NCBI GenBank assembly: GCA_021785435.1
Contig: JAJYFE010000001.1
Location: 9,497 to 73,496, forward strand
Source of the DNA: Planctomycetota bacterium
Lineage (GTDB): Bacteria > Planctomycetota > Phycisphaerae > WQYP01
DNA length: 64,000 nt
Direction: 5' to 3'
The notes under the pieces were generated by a model that was given only the letters and a program-made list of their open reading frames with translations, did no database searches and was not told the DNA's origin. Positions 47,035 to 57,329 of this stretch are shown one piece after another (positions within the stretch are counted from its first letter, which is position 1; every line of letters begins with the position of its first letter). A program made the translations under genes and the position numbers.

Positions 47035-48060
47035 AGGGGGAGAGTTTACCCCACGGTGGCGTGAGTTAAAACAGGAGCCGCAGACGGCGGCCGGCGAGCC
47101 AGGGGATGGGCAGGTCGGTGTTCTGAAAGCCGGCGGCCAGCAACAGTGGGTTATGGGCGCGTTTCTGGAACCGTACATCAATGAACTGATCGCTGATGGT
47201 CACGGTGGCTGTGGCGTCCGCAAAGTCATCAAGAACCCGTCGGGCCCTGGCCGTGCTGATAGCCGTGGCCGAGGCGCACCGCCAGGAGACGGTACAAGCT
47301 GCTGGCGATCAAGGTGAATTGGAGATCACCATCCACCGTCATGGCCACGGCCGAGGACAGGGCATCCAGGCGGAAGAAGTCGATGCCATCCTCAATGGTA
47401 TTCTCGATAATCATGCGTTGCGCGTACCCTCCGATGAGGGTGGCGGGCGACCGGCGCAGTTGGTTGGCCAACAATAAAGCGGGGGACTCGTGGCCCAGTT
47501 CGGTGATGCCGATCTGGCGCATGCGGTCGCGGTAATCGGGCAGGCTCACGGTGGCGTCGAGGATGCGTGGAATGCGGTAACGCCGGGCCAGGTTGGCCAG
47601 TTCGATGCGTCGCCAGGTGGTGGCGGGGTGTTGGGGCGATCTGGCCGAGCAAAGGGGCCGTGCGTCGCCGCAGGGTAATAAAGTTGATGCCCTGCCGGTT
47701 GAGCCGACCGAGATTGCCATAGGTGGTCAGGCAGGAATCGAAAATCAACTCCCTGGGCCGCTGGCCGGTGCGTTGCTTCCAAAAGGCGATAAAATCCAAA
47801 ATGGCGTCATTTTGCTGGTCCTTACGCAAACTGGCGTCGGCATAGCAAAACACCTGGGTGTGGGCGTCTTGCGCGAAGAAGGCCAGGCCCCCCCCTGTCG
47901 ACGGCTGCGTTTGGAAACGTAGTGTTTTTCCACCAGGGCGTCGTCCCCGTGAAAAGGGATGGTATGGAAGTCCAGATCAAAGGAATCCCCGTGGCGTAAG
48001 CCCCGCTTCCGCGCGGCCGCCAGCCGGCGGGCCGGAACTTGGCCGACTACAAGAGTTCTC
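47035..48060 (-). mobile_element. Transposase remnant of the IS4 superfamily (IS1634/IS1380/IS701-like), N-terminally truncated, with at least three frameshifts, one at an 8-C homopolymer (47888-47895)
   Basis: Frames read ...LDFHTIPFHGDDALVEKHYVSKRSRRQ / VFCYADASLRKDQQNDAILDFIAFWK... / ...YAQRMIIENTIEDGIDFFRLDALSSAV...LYRLLA / ...RAHNPLLLAAGF...IPWL. Confidence 0.6.
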
Positions 48061-48767
48061 TGCGTGACTGGGCCGTCCAGGCGAAACAGCGTGGCTTCCG
48101 GGCGGCGAAATTAGAGGCCAGTTTGTTCGGACCCTATGCCCATGGTCGGCTCAACGAACCGGAAGCAGCGCTGGTGGAGGTGATCGCGGCGTGCCGGGAG
48201 GCGGTCGGGCGTGATTTCACCCTGATGGTGGATGTGCAATACGCCTTCTCCGACGCGAAAAAGGCGTTGCGCATTCTCAAACAACTCGAGCCTTTGGACC
48301 TTTTCTTCATTGAAACACCGCTATGGATTGACGATCTGGACGGCTATGCGTTTCTGCATGAGAACTTAGGTATCCGCGTGGCGGCCGGTGAATGGCAGAC
48401 CACGCGTTTTGAGTTTATCGATCTGATGGATCGGGGCCAGGTGGATGTGGCACAGCCGGATGTGGGCCGCGTGGGCGGTTTGACCGAAGCCAAGCGGGTC
48501 TGCGACCTGGCGGCCGCCCGGGGTCGGCTGATTGTGCCGCACTGTTGGAAGACCGGCATCGGGATCGCGGCCTCGGTGCATCTGGCGGCGGCGACGGGGC
48601 ACTGCCCCTTCGTGGAGTTCCTCCCCGCCGCCCAGTGCGATGCCCCGTTGCGCCGGGAACTGGTTCAGGAGGAACTGCGCATGCGGGACGGTCGCCTCGC
48701 TTTGCCGACCCGCCCGGGCTTGGGCATTGAGCTGAATCGCGAGGCGCTGAAGAAATTCGCGGTTTGA
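48039..48767 (+). pseudogene. Mandelate racemase/muconate-lactonizing (enolase-superfamily) enzyme: C-terminal barrel domain only, with the N-terminal capping domain missing at the IS junction
   Basis: KxK...D...E...D metal-ligand barrel (AAKLE...MVDVQYAF...FIETP...DVAQPD...) is present. The first roughly 120 aa are absent, and the ORF begins exactly at the IS remnant. Confidence 0.6.
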
Positions 48768-48931
48768 CCGAACGCGGCGCTGTAGTTTTGTCGCCCGCGG
48801 CGACCGCTGGGCCATGAGATAAAGACCGCAGGTACCTCATGGTCCCGATACCTCGGGACGCGCCGGGTTTGGGCTTGCGACGGCCATCCGGACCCGTGGT
48901 TGCGGCTTAGCCGCGCGGGGCTTTCCACCGG

Positions 48932-50185
48932 CTATGGAAACACCCGCACAACCAGTGCGGAATTCTTGGCGCCGAAGGCAATGCAGTTGGCCAGGACCCA
49001 GGCTGGGACTTGGGTGGGGCGGGCGTGCTGGGGCACATAATCCAGATCGCACTCCGGATCGGGATCATCCAGGTTAATCGTGGGATGAATAAAACCCGCA
49101 CGCAGCGACAGAATCGCGGCGGCCACGCCGGCGGCGCCGCAGGCGCCCTGCGGATGACCGATCATGGATTTGGTGCTGCTCATGGGAATCGCCCCGGCGC
49201 CTGGGCCTAAGGCCAGCTTGAGGCTCTGGGTCTCCAGCGCGTCATTTAAAGGCGTGCCGGTGCCGTGCAAATTTACATGGCTCAGGTCGACCGCGGTGAT
49301 CCCGGCTTCGCCCAGGGCCAGAGAAATCGCGCGGGCGCTTTCCACCGCATCCGGCGCGGGGCGGACCCGGTGCCAGGCGTCGCAGGTGGAGCCCCAGCCA
49401 CACAACTCCGCCAGCGCGGGAGTGCAGCGTTGCTCGGCATGATCCGCCTCTTCCAGTACGAACATCCAGGCCCCTTCACCCAGGACGAAGCCATCGCGAT
49501 CGCGGTTGAACGGCCGGCTGGAGCGTTGGATTGGTTCCACCGGCCCGGCCAGGATCCGCATCAGCTCGAAGCCCTTGAGGGTACCGGCGGTGATCGGGGC
49601 GTCGGCGCCGCCGACCAGCACCATGGGCACGTCACCGCGCTGAATGTGCCGATGGGCATAGCCAAGCGCATCCGTGCTGCTGGTGCAACCGGTGCTGATC
49701 ACGTGCGAAAAACCGCGCAAACCCAGGGCAATGGAAATTTCACTGGATAAATTGCCCATCGTTCCGGCGGGAATGGTAAACGGAGAATATTTGCCCCGGC
49801 CCGTGAAAAAAGCGCGATACTGCGGCTCCAGGAAATCGATTCCCCCACCGCCGCTGCCCAGGATCACCCCGATATCCCGGCGCCCCTGCCGGTCCCCGGG
49901 TTCCAGATGCACCCGCGCCATGGCCAGTGCTTCCCGGGCCGCGGCCAGGGCCAAAGGCACCAGGCGGGGCACGCGGCGCCTATCACGCTCGTCCAATACC
50001 CCGCGGGGATCAAAGTTTTTCACGGCGGCGGCGAAGCGAACTTTAAGGCCCGTCGTATCGAACGAATCAATCCAATCGATGCCGCTGGTCCCGCGGCGCA
50101 GGCTCTCGGTAAAGACGGCTGCGCCAATTCCATTGGGCGCCACGACGCCAATTCCCGTGATGACTACGCGGCGGTTGAGGGGCAT
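48932..50185 (-). CDS. fabF: 3-oxoacyl-[ACP] synthase II (KAS II)
   Basis: Active-site Cys block ISTGCTSS, and His/His blocks (GHPQGACG; NCIAFGAKN). Start MPLNRRVVITGIG. Confidence 0.9.
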   Translation of the reverse strand: MPLNRRVVITGIGVVAPNGIGAAVFTESLRRGTSGIDWIDSFDTTGLKVRFAAAVKNFDPRGVLDERDRRRVPRLVPLALAAAREALAMARVHLEPGDRQGRRDIGVILGSGGGGIDFLEPQYRAFFTGRGKYSPFTIPAGTMGNLSSEISIALGLRGFSHVISTGCTSSTDALGYAHRHIQRGDVPMVLVGGADAPITAGTLKGFELMRILAGPVEPIQRSSRPFNRDRDGFVLGEGAWMFVLEEADHAEQRCTPALAELCGWGSTCDAWHRVRPAPDAVESARAISLALGEAGITAVDLSHVNLHGTGTPLNDALETQSLKLALGPGAGAIPMSSTKSMIGHPQGACGAAGVAAAILSLRAGFIHPTINLDDPDPECDLDYVPQHARPTQVPAWVLANCIAFGAKNSALVVRVFP

Positions 50186-50250
50186 AGGTCGCTCCGGACG
50201 GCCCGCGTGAGACATGCTAAATCCGGCTCTCCAGAGCACCGTCGATATCG

Positions 50251-51105
50251 TCAGGGGGCTTGGTCCGATTGCTTGCGCGGAGCTCCGACCTCGGCCTGCG
50301 GTTCGCGGCGCCCATAGCGGGCCAGCAACTTTCGTCGCCATCGAATCATAGGCTGGGCCACGCGGCGATGGGCGCGAATGTACCAACTGCGGTCTTCGGC
50401 GCGCTTAAAATCATCCGCGGTGCACGCCTGCGGGGCCAGGCGTGTCTTGTGTTTATAGTAATGGTACCAGTCTTCCGCCTGCAAGCGGCGCAACAACCAT
50501 CGGGCCAGGAAATGATCGCGCGCGCCGCGCCGGCACAGAAACGAAATCTGAAAGTCGATCAGGTACGGCCGGCCGTCGGAGCCGTACAGAATATTCTCCC
50601 GCTTATTGGTGTCCACGTAGGCCACGTGGCGTTCGTGCACGGCCTGCAGCAATTCCCGCAGCGCCTGAAAAAATTCCGCTCCGGCGCCAAGCCCTGGCCG
50701 CAGATCCTCCCCCGGGATAAAAGCGTGGACGTATCCGGTCGTGCCCCAGGTCCCCAGAAACGTCGGAATCCCAGGCACGCCCTGCAGCGCCTTCAGAACA
50801 GCGACCTCGTGCCGCGCCGCCAGCCGCCCCAACCAGCGCAGCGGCAAGCCCTGGAAGGGCTGCGTGCGCTGAACCTTCAGCACCGCCAGGTGGGGCGATT
50901 CGGTGGCCATGGGCAGGTCCGCGCCGATTTTCCGCGCGTACAACCCGGTGACGGCAAAAAAATCGTGCTTGAAGGTTCGCACCAGCTGCCAGCGGTCTCC
51001 AGCGATTTGAATTTCCGCCGGAAGCGAGGCATAGCCCAGGGCGAAAAAACTTGCCGGCGGCTGGCGCGGAATCTCGGTGGAGCGGCGCCGGAAAAATGCG
51101 GGCAT
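50251..51105 (-). CDS. Protein-kinase-like fold protein (Kdo/lipopolysaccharide kinase or RIO-like)
   Basis: Catalytic-loop-like HVAYVDTNKRENILYGSDGRPYLIDFQIS. Start placed at MPAFFRRR; the upstream ORF extension is non-coding. Confidence 0.5.
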   Translation of the reverse strand: MPAFFRRRSTEIPRQPPASFFALGYASLPAEIQIAGDRWQLVRTFKHDFFAVTGLYARKIGADLPMATESPHLAVLKVQRTQPFQGLPLRWLGRLAARHEVAVLKALQGVPGIPTFLGTWGTTGYVHAFIPGEDLRPGLGAGAEFFQALRELLQAVHERHVAYVDTNKRENILYGSDGRPYLIDFQISFLCRRGARDHFLARWLLRRLQAEDWYHYYKHKTRLAPQACTADDFKRAEDRSWYIRAHRRVAQPMIRWRRKLLARYGRREPQAEVGAPRKQSDQAP

Positions 51106-51677
51106 AGGCCTACCTACCTTCTTAAGATGTCTATCGTCGCGGATCCGCCCACGCCGATTCCCGCACGCCGCCGTCGCGAAGCGCGCCGAAGCCTCTGCCC
51201 CACGCCCGCTGCACCCAACGCCAAAACGACCCGTCAACTTCCTCTTAAAATAACAACTCGCCAAGAAAAAGGGCGACCTGAAGGGACCGGATGGCGACTC
51301 GGTGGCGTTGCCGCCACGAGCGTAAATGGATCTGCGTAGCGCGAACCAGTCCCCCGGGACACCGCATTTTAACGCGGTGAAGGGTGCATGACAGATTTGG
51401 CGCCCGTGCCGTTCCCAGTGCGCCCGTTTTGCGCAGCGAGGTAAGGACGGGACGTGATTGTACCGCACACGGCTATTAATGATCTATTCCAGAGGCTGGG
51501 CCAGCGTGCAACGGGCCCAAAAAAGCGGCGGGACGCCGCTTCTACTTTGACGAATGGTACGTCTCAATAGGAGCGGTGTGTCGTATATCATAGCCCGGCG
51601 GTCGCCGCGGGCGACTAAACTGCAGCGACGGGTGACGCCGGGCGAACTACCCCAGCCCGTGAACGGTTACGCGAAAC

Positions 51678-52253
51678 TCAGCGCAGCTTCGGTTCCAGCA
51701 CCGATTGCGTGCGAATCACAACCCGCGCTTCGCCGAGCAGATGAAAGCCTTCCACATGGATTGCACGCCGATGCAACTGCGCCACCAATACCGACAAATA
51801 TTCGGTTTGGCCTAATTCATTGCGGCGATGCGAAAGCACCGCGGCTTGTTCCTCCGCTAAACGCAGCAGCTCCTGCACGGAGTTCTCAAAAAGTGCCTCG
51901 GAGATGTGCTCCTCATTTAACGCCAGGTAGTAGTGGTAATCCTCGCCCAGCGGAAGATCGAACAGCTTATCACCCTTGCAGGGCAGGCGCTCCACCAAGC
52001 CACGCTCCGGCAGGTTGGTGTTCGGAAAGCACGCCACTTCAGAAATCATTTGCGGTCCGCAGATGGCCGCCATATGGCCGCCCCCCGCCAACAGCCAGAG
52101 GTTGATATCAAACTCTCCGAGCGACTTGGTTTTGCGTGCATCGGCGACAAAAAGCTCGGGATGCAGGATGCGGTCATAGATTAACACCGACAGCCCCGCG
52201 CTCCGCGGCTTCTTGTGATGAACACCGCCCGCCGATTCCCTTCTGGTCTTCAC
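51678..52253 (-). CDS. Hypothetical protein
   Basis: ORF only; followed 3' by a copy of the AGTTTAGTCGCCCGCGGCGACC motif. Confidence 0.4.
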   Translation of the reverse strand: MKTRRESAGGVHHKKPRSAGLSVLIYDRILHPELFVADARKTKSLGEFDINLWLLAGGGHMAAICGPQMISEVACFPNTNLPERGLVERLPCKGDKLFDLPLGEDYHYYLALNEEHISEALFENSVQELLRLAEEQAAVLSHRRNELGQTEYLSVLVAQLHRRAIHVEGFHLLGEARVVIRTQSVLEPKLR

Positions 52254-53126
52254 GTTGTTTCCTCGCGTCCTTTTTTGCGGGCATTTCCCGCGGCCAATCT
52301 TTCACGCTTTCGTCATCCGGGTGCCGCCGGATCACGGACAGACTTCCGCGATGGGAGACGCCCAAGCGCCTCTGAACCGCCAACCATGCCGATGTTCCGC
52401 AAGCTGATTTTCCGCCGTCCATGGCAGTGGCGGGGCTCGCACCATTCCGGGCTGGCTCGCCGAGGCGAGTCACCTTCGCACATCGGTGCGATTAACGTAA
52501 CATACGGTTCGCACCGTCAGTCAGTTCATTATTTTACCCCGTCGTCAGCCAAAATGGAAGCAAAATCCTGCAGAATTCATCCACCTATTGAAGCTTTGGC
52601 CCAAGTTCCCGTATTTTACCGATAATTCGACTTGGCTTTTGAGCAAAGTCCCGTTCCCATTGCCTTCCGCAGGGCGTTACCGCACCTCAACACCGCCGCA
52701 AATACCACGGAGCGCAATTTTATATAACCTATTTCTAAATAAGTAGTTACATGCTGATGGGGCAGGAAAATGGTTCCAAACCAAGCCGAGCTGTCGGAAA
52801 ACCATCGGCCATTATCTCCAGCGGCCGATCATTAAGAAGCACAGCCATTGCCATCGGCATATCCGAATGATAGGGGATGGTTATTGGCTGCTGTTCCCAA
52901 GTCGAACGTGGCCCACTCCGTTCCGAAAACTGAAGACTGACTACCCGGCGGCCAAGTTGGGGCAGAGCATAACGCCGCCCCGGGCTCGGGATGCGTGCCG
53001 GCGATTTTCACGCCAGCTCCAATAATCTTGTGCTGCTACCGTTGGGCCGATAAATCCGAAGAATCGGCACATAAAAATTGAAAACGCCCGGTTGCCGATC
53101 CCCGCCACGCGCTCTAACATGCCCGT

Positions 53127-53651
53127 ATGAGCAATTTCATCAGCAATGGCCGGATGCAGCGCGTGCGGGAGCATTGGCAGGCTACGAATGCCATCATCTG
53201 CGGCGATGTCACCATCGGGGCGGACTGCGGCATCTGGTTCGGCGCCGTTATCCGCGGTGATGTGGCGCCGATAACACTCGGCAAAGCGGTGAATGTGCAG
53301 GAAGCCGCGGCATTACACTGCGATCTCGGCGAGCCGCTGGTTATCGGCGATAAGGTGACCATCGGCCATGGGGCAGTGGTGCACTGCCGGTCGGTTGGGG
53401 CTGGAACATTGATTGGAATCAAGGCCGTCGTGCTCGGCGGCGCGGTCATCGGGGCTGACTGCATTGTGGCCGCCGGGGCAGTGGTTGCACCCGGGACCCA
53501 GGTCCCCGACGGCCAGGTGGTGATGGGCGTCCCCGGCAAGGTGGTGCGGGCGGTTCGCCCCGCCGAGTTGGAGCAGATGCGGGCCAACAATCGCCATTAC
53601 GTCGAATTGGCCGCGGCCCATGTGCTTGAACCGGAAAGGTACTACCGGTGA
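53127..53651 (+). CDS. Gamma-class carbonic anhydrase family / hexapeptide-repeat protein (YrdA/PaaY-like)
   Basis: Left-handed beta-helix hexapeptide repeats and conserved His ligands (ALHCD...GHGAVVH). Confidence 0.85.
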   Translation: MSNFISNGRMQRVREHWQATNAIICGDVTIGADCGIWFGAVIRGDVAPITLGKAVNVQEAAALHCDLGEPLVIGDKVTIGHGAVVHCRSVGAGTLIGIKAVVLGGAVIGADCIVAAGAVVAPGTQVPDGQVVMGVPGKVVRAVRPAELEQMRANNRHYVELAAAHVLEPERYYR

Positions 53652-54106
53652 CGCCCGCCATCAACCCTCTGTTCTGGCTAACTCTGCTGATGCGCTGGAT
53701 GCACATTGGCTCGGCGATCATTCTGATCGGGGCTGTGGTATTCATGCGTTTCTTTCTGCTGCCCGCCGCGGCCAAACTGGACGCCGAAACCCGTCAGGCG
53801 TTATGGGACCGGATCAACAAACCTTGGCGGATGGTTCTCGGCCTGGTTATTCTCACCCAAATCGGCTCCGGCGTGTATTGGCTGCTGGCCGTCGTGGACT
53901 TCAGCGCCCAGCCCGCCATCTATCGCCTGTTCTTTACGCTAAAAATGCTCGCCGCCCTGGCATTTTTCTTCTTGCTTTCCGTCCTGGCCGGTCGCGCTCC
54001 AGCCTTTGAAAAATTCCGCCAGGAAAATAAAACCTGGCTCACGGTCTGCGTGACCCTGGGCGCCTTCATCATCGCCTGTGCTGCGGCCATGCATCTGATC
54101 CGCTAA
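53648..54106 (+). CDS. Small integral membrane protein (4 TM, CopD/DUF2214-like)
   Basis: Four hydrophobic helices; ATG overlaps the upstream stop (translational coupling). Confidence 0.55.
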   Translation: MTPAINPLFWLTLLMRWMHIGSAIILIGAVVFMRFFLLPAAAKLDAETRQALWDRINKPWRMVLGLVILTQIGSGVYWLLAVVDFSAQPAIYRLFFTLKMLAALAFFFLLSVLAGRAPAFEKFRQENKTWLTVCVTLGAFIIACAAAMHLIR

Positions 54107-54164
54107 ACCCGATATCCCCCGCCACGGATGAAAATCAAGTCAGAATATTTTTCCTTTTGCCTTT

Positions 54165-54650
54165 TTACTTCGCAACACCCCCGCTATTATCCTGCCAGGC
54201 TCCTATGCGCTGCGCCAAGCCGCACGGATTTTCAAAATGCACAACTAAGCCGCTTCCAGTTCGCCGGCCGGGGCGGTGCACGTCATGGCTGACCACCACT
54301 TTCACGCCGTTCGGATGCACACGTCGGAAGACACGGAAATTACCCGGGTCAAAATCAGTCGCGGACCACTGGCATTCGATCGCCACCGGATCACCCTCGC
54401 GCGGCGCCCACATGAAATCAATCTCGTGCTTCGACTTGTCACGCCAATAGCTGATGGTACGCCGCCCGGCGACCGCATGGAGCTCGTTAAGCACCAGGTG
54501 CCCCCAAAGCGCCCCGACGTCCTGCGGCCGCAGGCTGGTCCAGCCACGGTGAAAGCAGGCAAATCCAGTGTCAAAGCCGTAGATCTTGGGAGCCGCGATA
54601 ATCTTTTTGGGTTTGTTCCCATGGAGCGGCCGCAAGATGTGGATCACCAT
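54165..54650 (-). pseudogene. C-terminal DUF4143 fragment of an AAA+ ATPase; the N-terminal ATPase domain is missing at the IS5 junction
   Basis: KIYGFDTGF...ELHAV...ISYWRDKSKHEIDFM...AIECQWS matches the DUF4143 C-terminal module; no Walker motifs are present. Confidence 0.6.
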
Positions 54651-54674
54651 GGTCTCTTCCAGCGCGCTGACGTA

Positions 54675-55546
54675 GAGTCTCTAATAAAAAGAACGTATAT
54701 AAGTTTAATTGGCGGTTGGACAAGGAGGTCTAATTATGGCCCAGCAATTACTGGACGACGATTTATGGAAGTTGATCGAGCCGATCTTGCCAGCACTGAA
54801 ACGCAGGCGATTTCGATATCCAGGGCGCAAGCCCATCGACAACCGCCAGGCACTCCAGGGCATTCTATTGGTGCTCAAGACCGGCATCCTTGGGAATATC
54901 TGTCCCAGAAAATGGGGTGCGGCTCCGGCATGACCTGACTGGCGGCGTCAGCACGATTGGCAACGGTGTGGGGTCTGGCAGCAGTTGCACCAGGTATTGC
55001 TCAGCAAACTCCGCGAAGCCGACAAGATCGACTGGTCGCAGGCGGTGGTGGACAGCACCTCGATTCGCGCTGTTTTTGGGGGGCGCAGACCGGCCCAAAT
55101 CCGACGGATCGACAGAAAAATGGGAGCAAACAGCATGTTCTTACCGGCGGCCATGGCATTCCGAGGGCCATCACGTTGACGGCCGCCAACCGACATGAAG
55201 TGACGTAACTGCTGCCCTTGGTCGATGCCGTACCCTCGGTGGCCGGCAAAGCGGGCCATCCACGGCACCGTTTCCCACGTGCGCAAGGAGACCGGGCCTA
55301 CGATTCCGAACCCCATTGGCGCGAGCTTCGCCGGCGCCGGATAGAACCCGTGCTGGCCAAACGCCGCACGGCCGTGGCCTGGGTGTTTATCGCTGGGTGG
55401 TGGAACGAACCGAGAGCTGGCTGCACCAGAACCGGCGACTTAAAATCCGATACGAACGACGCGCCGATATTCCGATGGCGTTTCTGAAATGGGGCTGTGC
55501 CTTGATCTGCCATCACTATCTCAAAAGTTCATTTTGTTAGAGGCTC
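54675..55546 (+). mobile_element. IS5-family (IS427/IS1031 group-like) insertion sequence, 872 bp, with roughly 20-bp imperfect terminal inverted repeats; the transposase is split by at least four frameshifts (decayed copy)
   Basis: IRL GAGTCTCTAATAAAAAGAAC and IRR GTTCATTTTGTTAGAGGCTC. Transposase blocks LLDDDLWKLIEPILP / PWEYL / AVVDSTSIRAVFGG...GPNPTDRQKNGSKQH / ADRAYDS / RWVVERTESWLHQNRRLKIRYERRADIPMAFL appear in different frames. Confidence 0.75.
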
Positions 55547-55647
55547 TTAACAGCGGCGCGACGCCGCTTGTATCATGGTTGCCACGGTTGCCATGGAATT
55601 CAGTCACGCCCCACCTGCTGGTCGGACTAATCCCAAGCGTCCAGCCA

Positions 55648-57040
55648 TCACCTGCCGCCGGCGCGTTCCAACGGGGCGGCGATGATGGCGTCGAGGTCGG
55701 CGATACGTTGACCCTGATCGGTACGCAGGTCAGCGATGGTTTGCCGCGTGTCCAGAAGCATATGCTCGGTTTCCAGTTGACTTTCCACACCTCCGCGGCC
55801 CTGCTGATAATCCGCCCGGTCCAACGCGGCAATCTCTTTCAGCCGTGGCTGAATATGTTGAGCGAACAGGATGATTTGGCGGTGATCATTCCGCAGGGCA
55901 ATCAGGTCGATCAGCAGCCGGGCGGCCAAGTTGACTTTCTCCCGGCGCAGCGCGGCCTGTATGGACCGAAGCTGATTTTGGGTCTGGGCGATGGAGGCGT
56001 TAATGGCCTGATAACGCAGCCATGGCGCCACCAGATCACCGGTGAAGTTCTGTACGGCGCCGTCGAGGGAGGTGGAAAAGCCCAGGTCAAAATTGGGAAG
56101 GTATTGCATCTGGGCGCGGTGAATGTCCAGACGGCCAGCGGAAACCAAGCGATGAAGACCGCGTAAGGCTGGATTACGCTGCATGGCCAGGATCAAAAAT
56201 CCACGCTCGCTCAAGGCTGGACTGCGCGTAACAGGGATCGTCGAGGGCGGGGTCAGAGGCGCCGCGGCGGGACGCCCCAGCAGCGCGTTGAGGCCGGCCA
56301 ATTCGAACTTTAGTTGATGGACGAACTGTACAATTTCCACGCGGTGATTGTCAATACGATTTTGCAGTGCCAACAGCTGCCGCGGTGGCTGGCCGCCGGC
56401 GCCAACACCGGCGCGAAGCAAGGCCGCCTCCATTTCCAGGAGCCGTTTCATGGCTCTGGTTAGCCGGAGCTGTACGGCGGTGTTGGCGTAGTCATACCAA
56501 GCGAAAAGCACCGCGCGCCGTACTGCGAATATTTTTGCGCGATAGCGCCAGCCCGCGGCACGGGCGGCCTGTAGCGCGGCGCGGGCCTGGACCGACAATT
56601 TCGACGGCCAGCGAATATTGTATATCGTGTCGCCGGCGCCCAGAATGGTGTTGGCCAGCGCGGCCTGACCGTTCTGAAGGGTCGTACCGGCGGTAAGCAT
56701 CAGCGTGGCCGCTTGTGTACCGGCTTGGGGAATTTCCTCAATAGCCGCCCGCCATTTCCAATACGCCTCTTCCACGCCGGGGTTATTGAGCACCGCATAC
56801 TCAATCAGTTGCGGTGCGGTGGCATCCAGCGGCAGCGGTGGTAAGTGACGCTGGGCATATGGCTTTTGGAATGGCTTGCCCGCCGCCGCGGCCTGCCGCC
56901 GCAAAGCCTGTTCCCCGGTGGGGTGGATGGTGCAGGCCGGCAGCAGGACCAGCAGCAAGCCCAGCAGACCCAAAAGAGTATAAGGTGCTTCGGCGGCCGC
57001 GCTTAAGACACGAAGGCGCGAAGACGTGAAAGGGTATGGC
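55648..57040 (-). CDS. Outer-membrane efflux factor (CzcC/CusC-like, TolC family lipoprotein) of the heavy-metal RND system; start uncertain, with no in-frame ATG near the lipobox LLPAC
   Basis: OEP repeats through the C-terminus. The ORF extends upstream (overlapping the RND gene) only as Arg-rich non-coding sequence. Confidence 0.65.
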
Positions 57041-57329
57041 CAGATTTTGTGGGTGGGGGCACCCGAGGCGGTGCTGCACTCTGCCCCGGTCCGCGCGGAG
57101 GCGGAGGAGTTCAGTCGCCCCGGCGAGCTCCAGCGAACTTGTGCTAAGCCGCAAGTCGCCGCCGAGAGACCGATAGGCGACTCGACAAGGCGAGCGGCTG
57201 GGCAGCGGAGGCTGTGGTTGGACGGCGCTCCGGCTTTGCCACAAATTATGGCCACGCCCGACACGAAATAGCGTCCGGGGGAAACCGCATGGGGACGGCT
57301 GCAGACGATATTGTGGCGCTGGCGCCTGA

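Noticed and set aside
50260-51339. 359-aa plus-strand ORF
   Set aside because: Antisense to the kinase-like gene; Arg/Gly/Pro-rich.
52254-53126. tmRNA, RNase P RNA, SRP RNA or 6S RNA in the AT-rich intergenic island
   Set aside because: None of the conserved signatures was found by eye (tmRNA tag or 3' CCA arm, RNase P P4 AGGAAAGUCCGGGCUCC, SRP GGUGCUGUUUACCAGG). This cannot be excluded without a covariance-model scan.
54675-55546. Programmed -1 ribosomal frameshift of an active IS5-family transposase
   Set aside because: More than one frame change is needed to read the transposase (at least four), so the copy is degraded rather than using a single programmed slip.
55489-56166. 225-aa plus-strand ORF; also 57930-58907 plus (325 aa)
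   Set aside because: Antisense to the OMF and the RND pump respectively.
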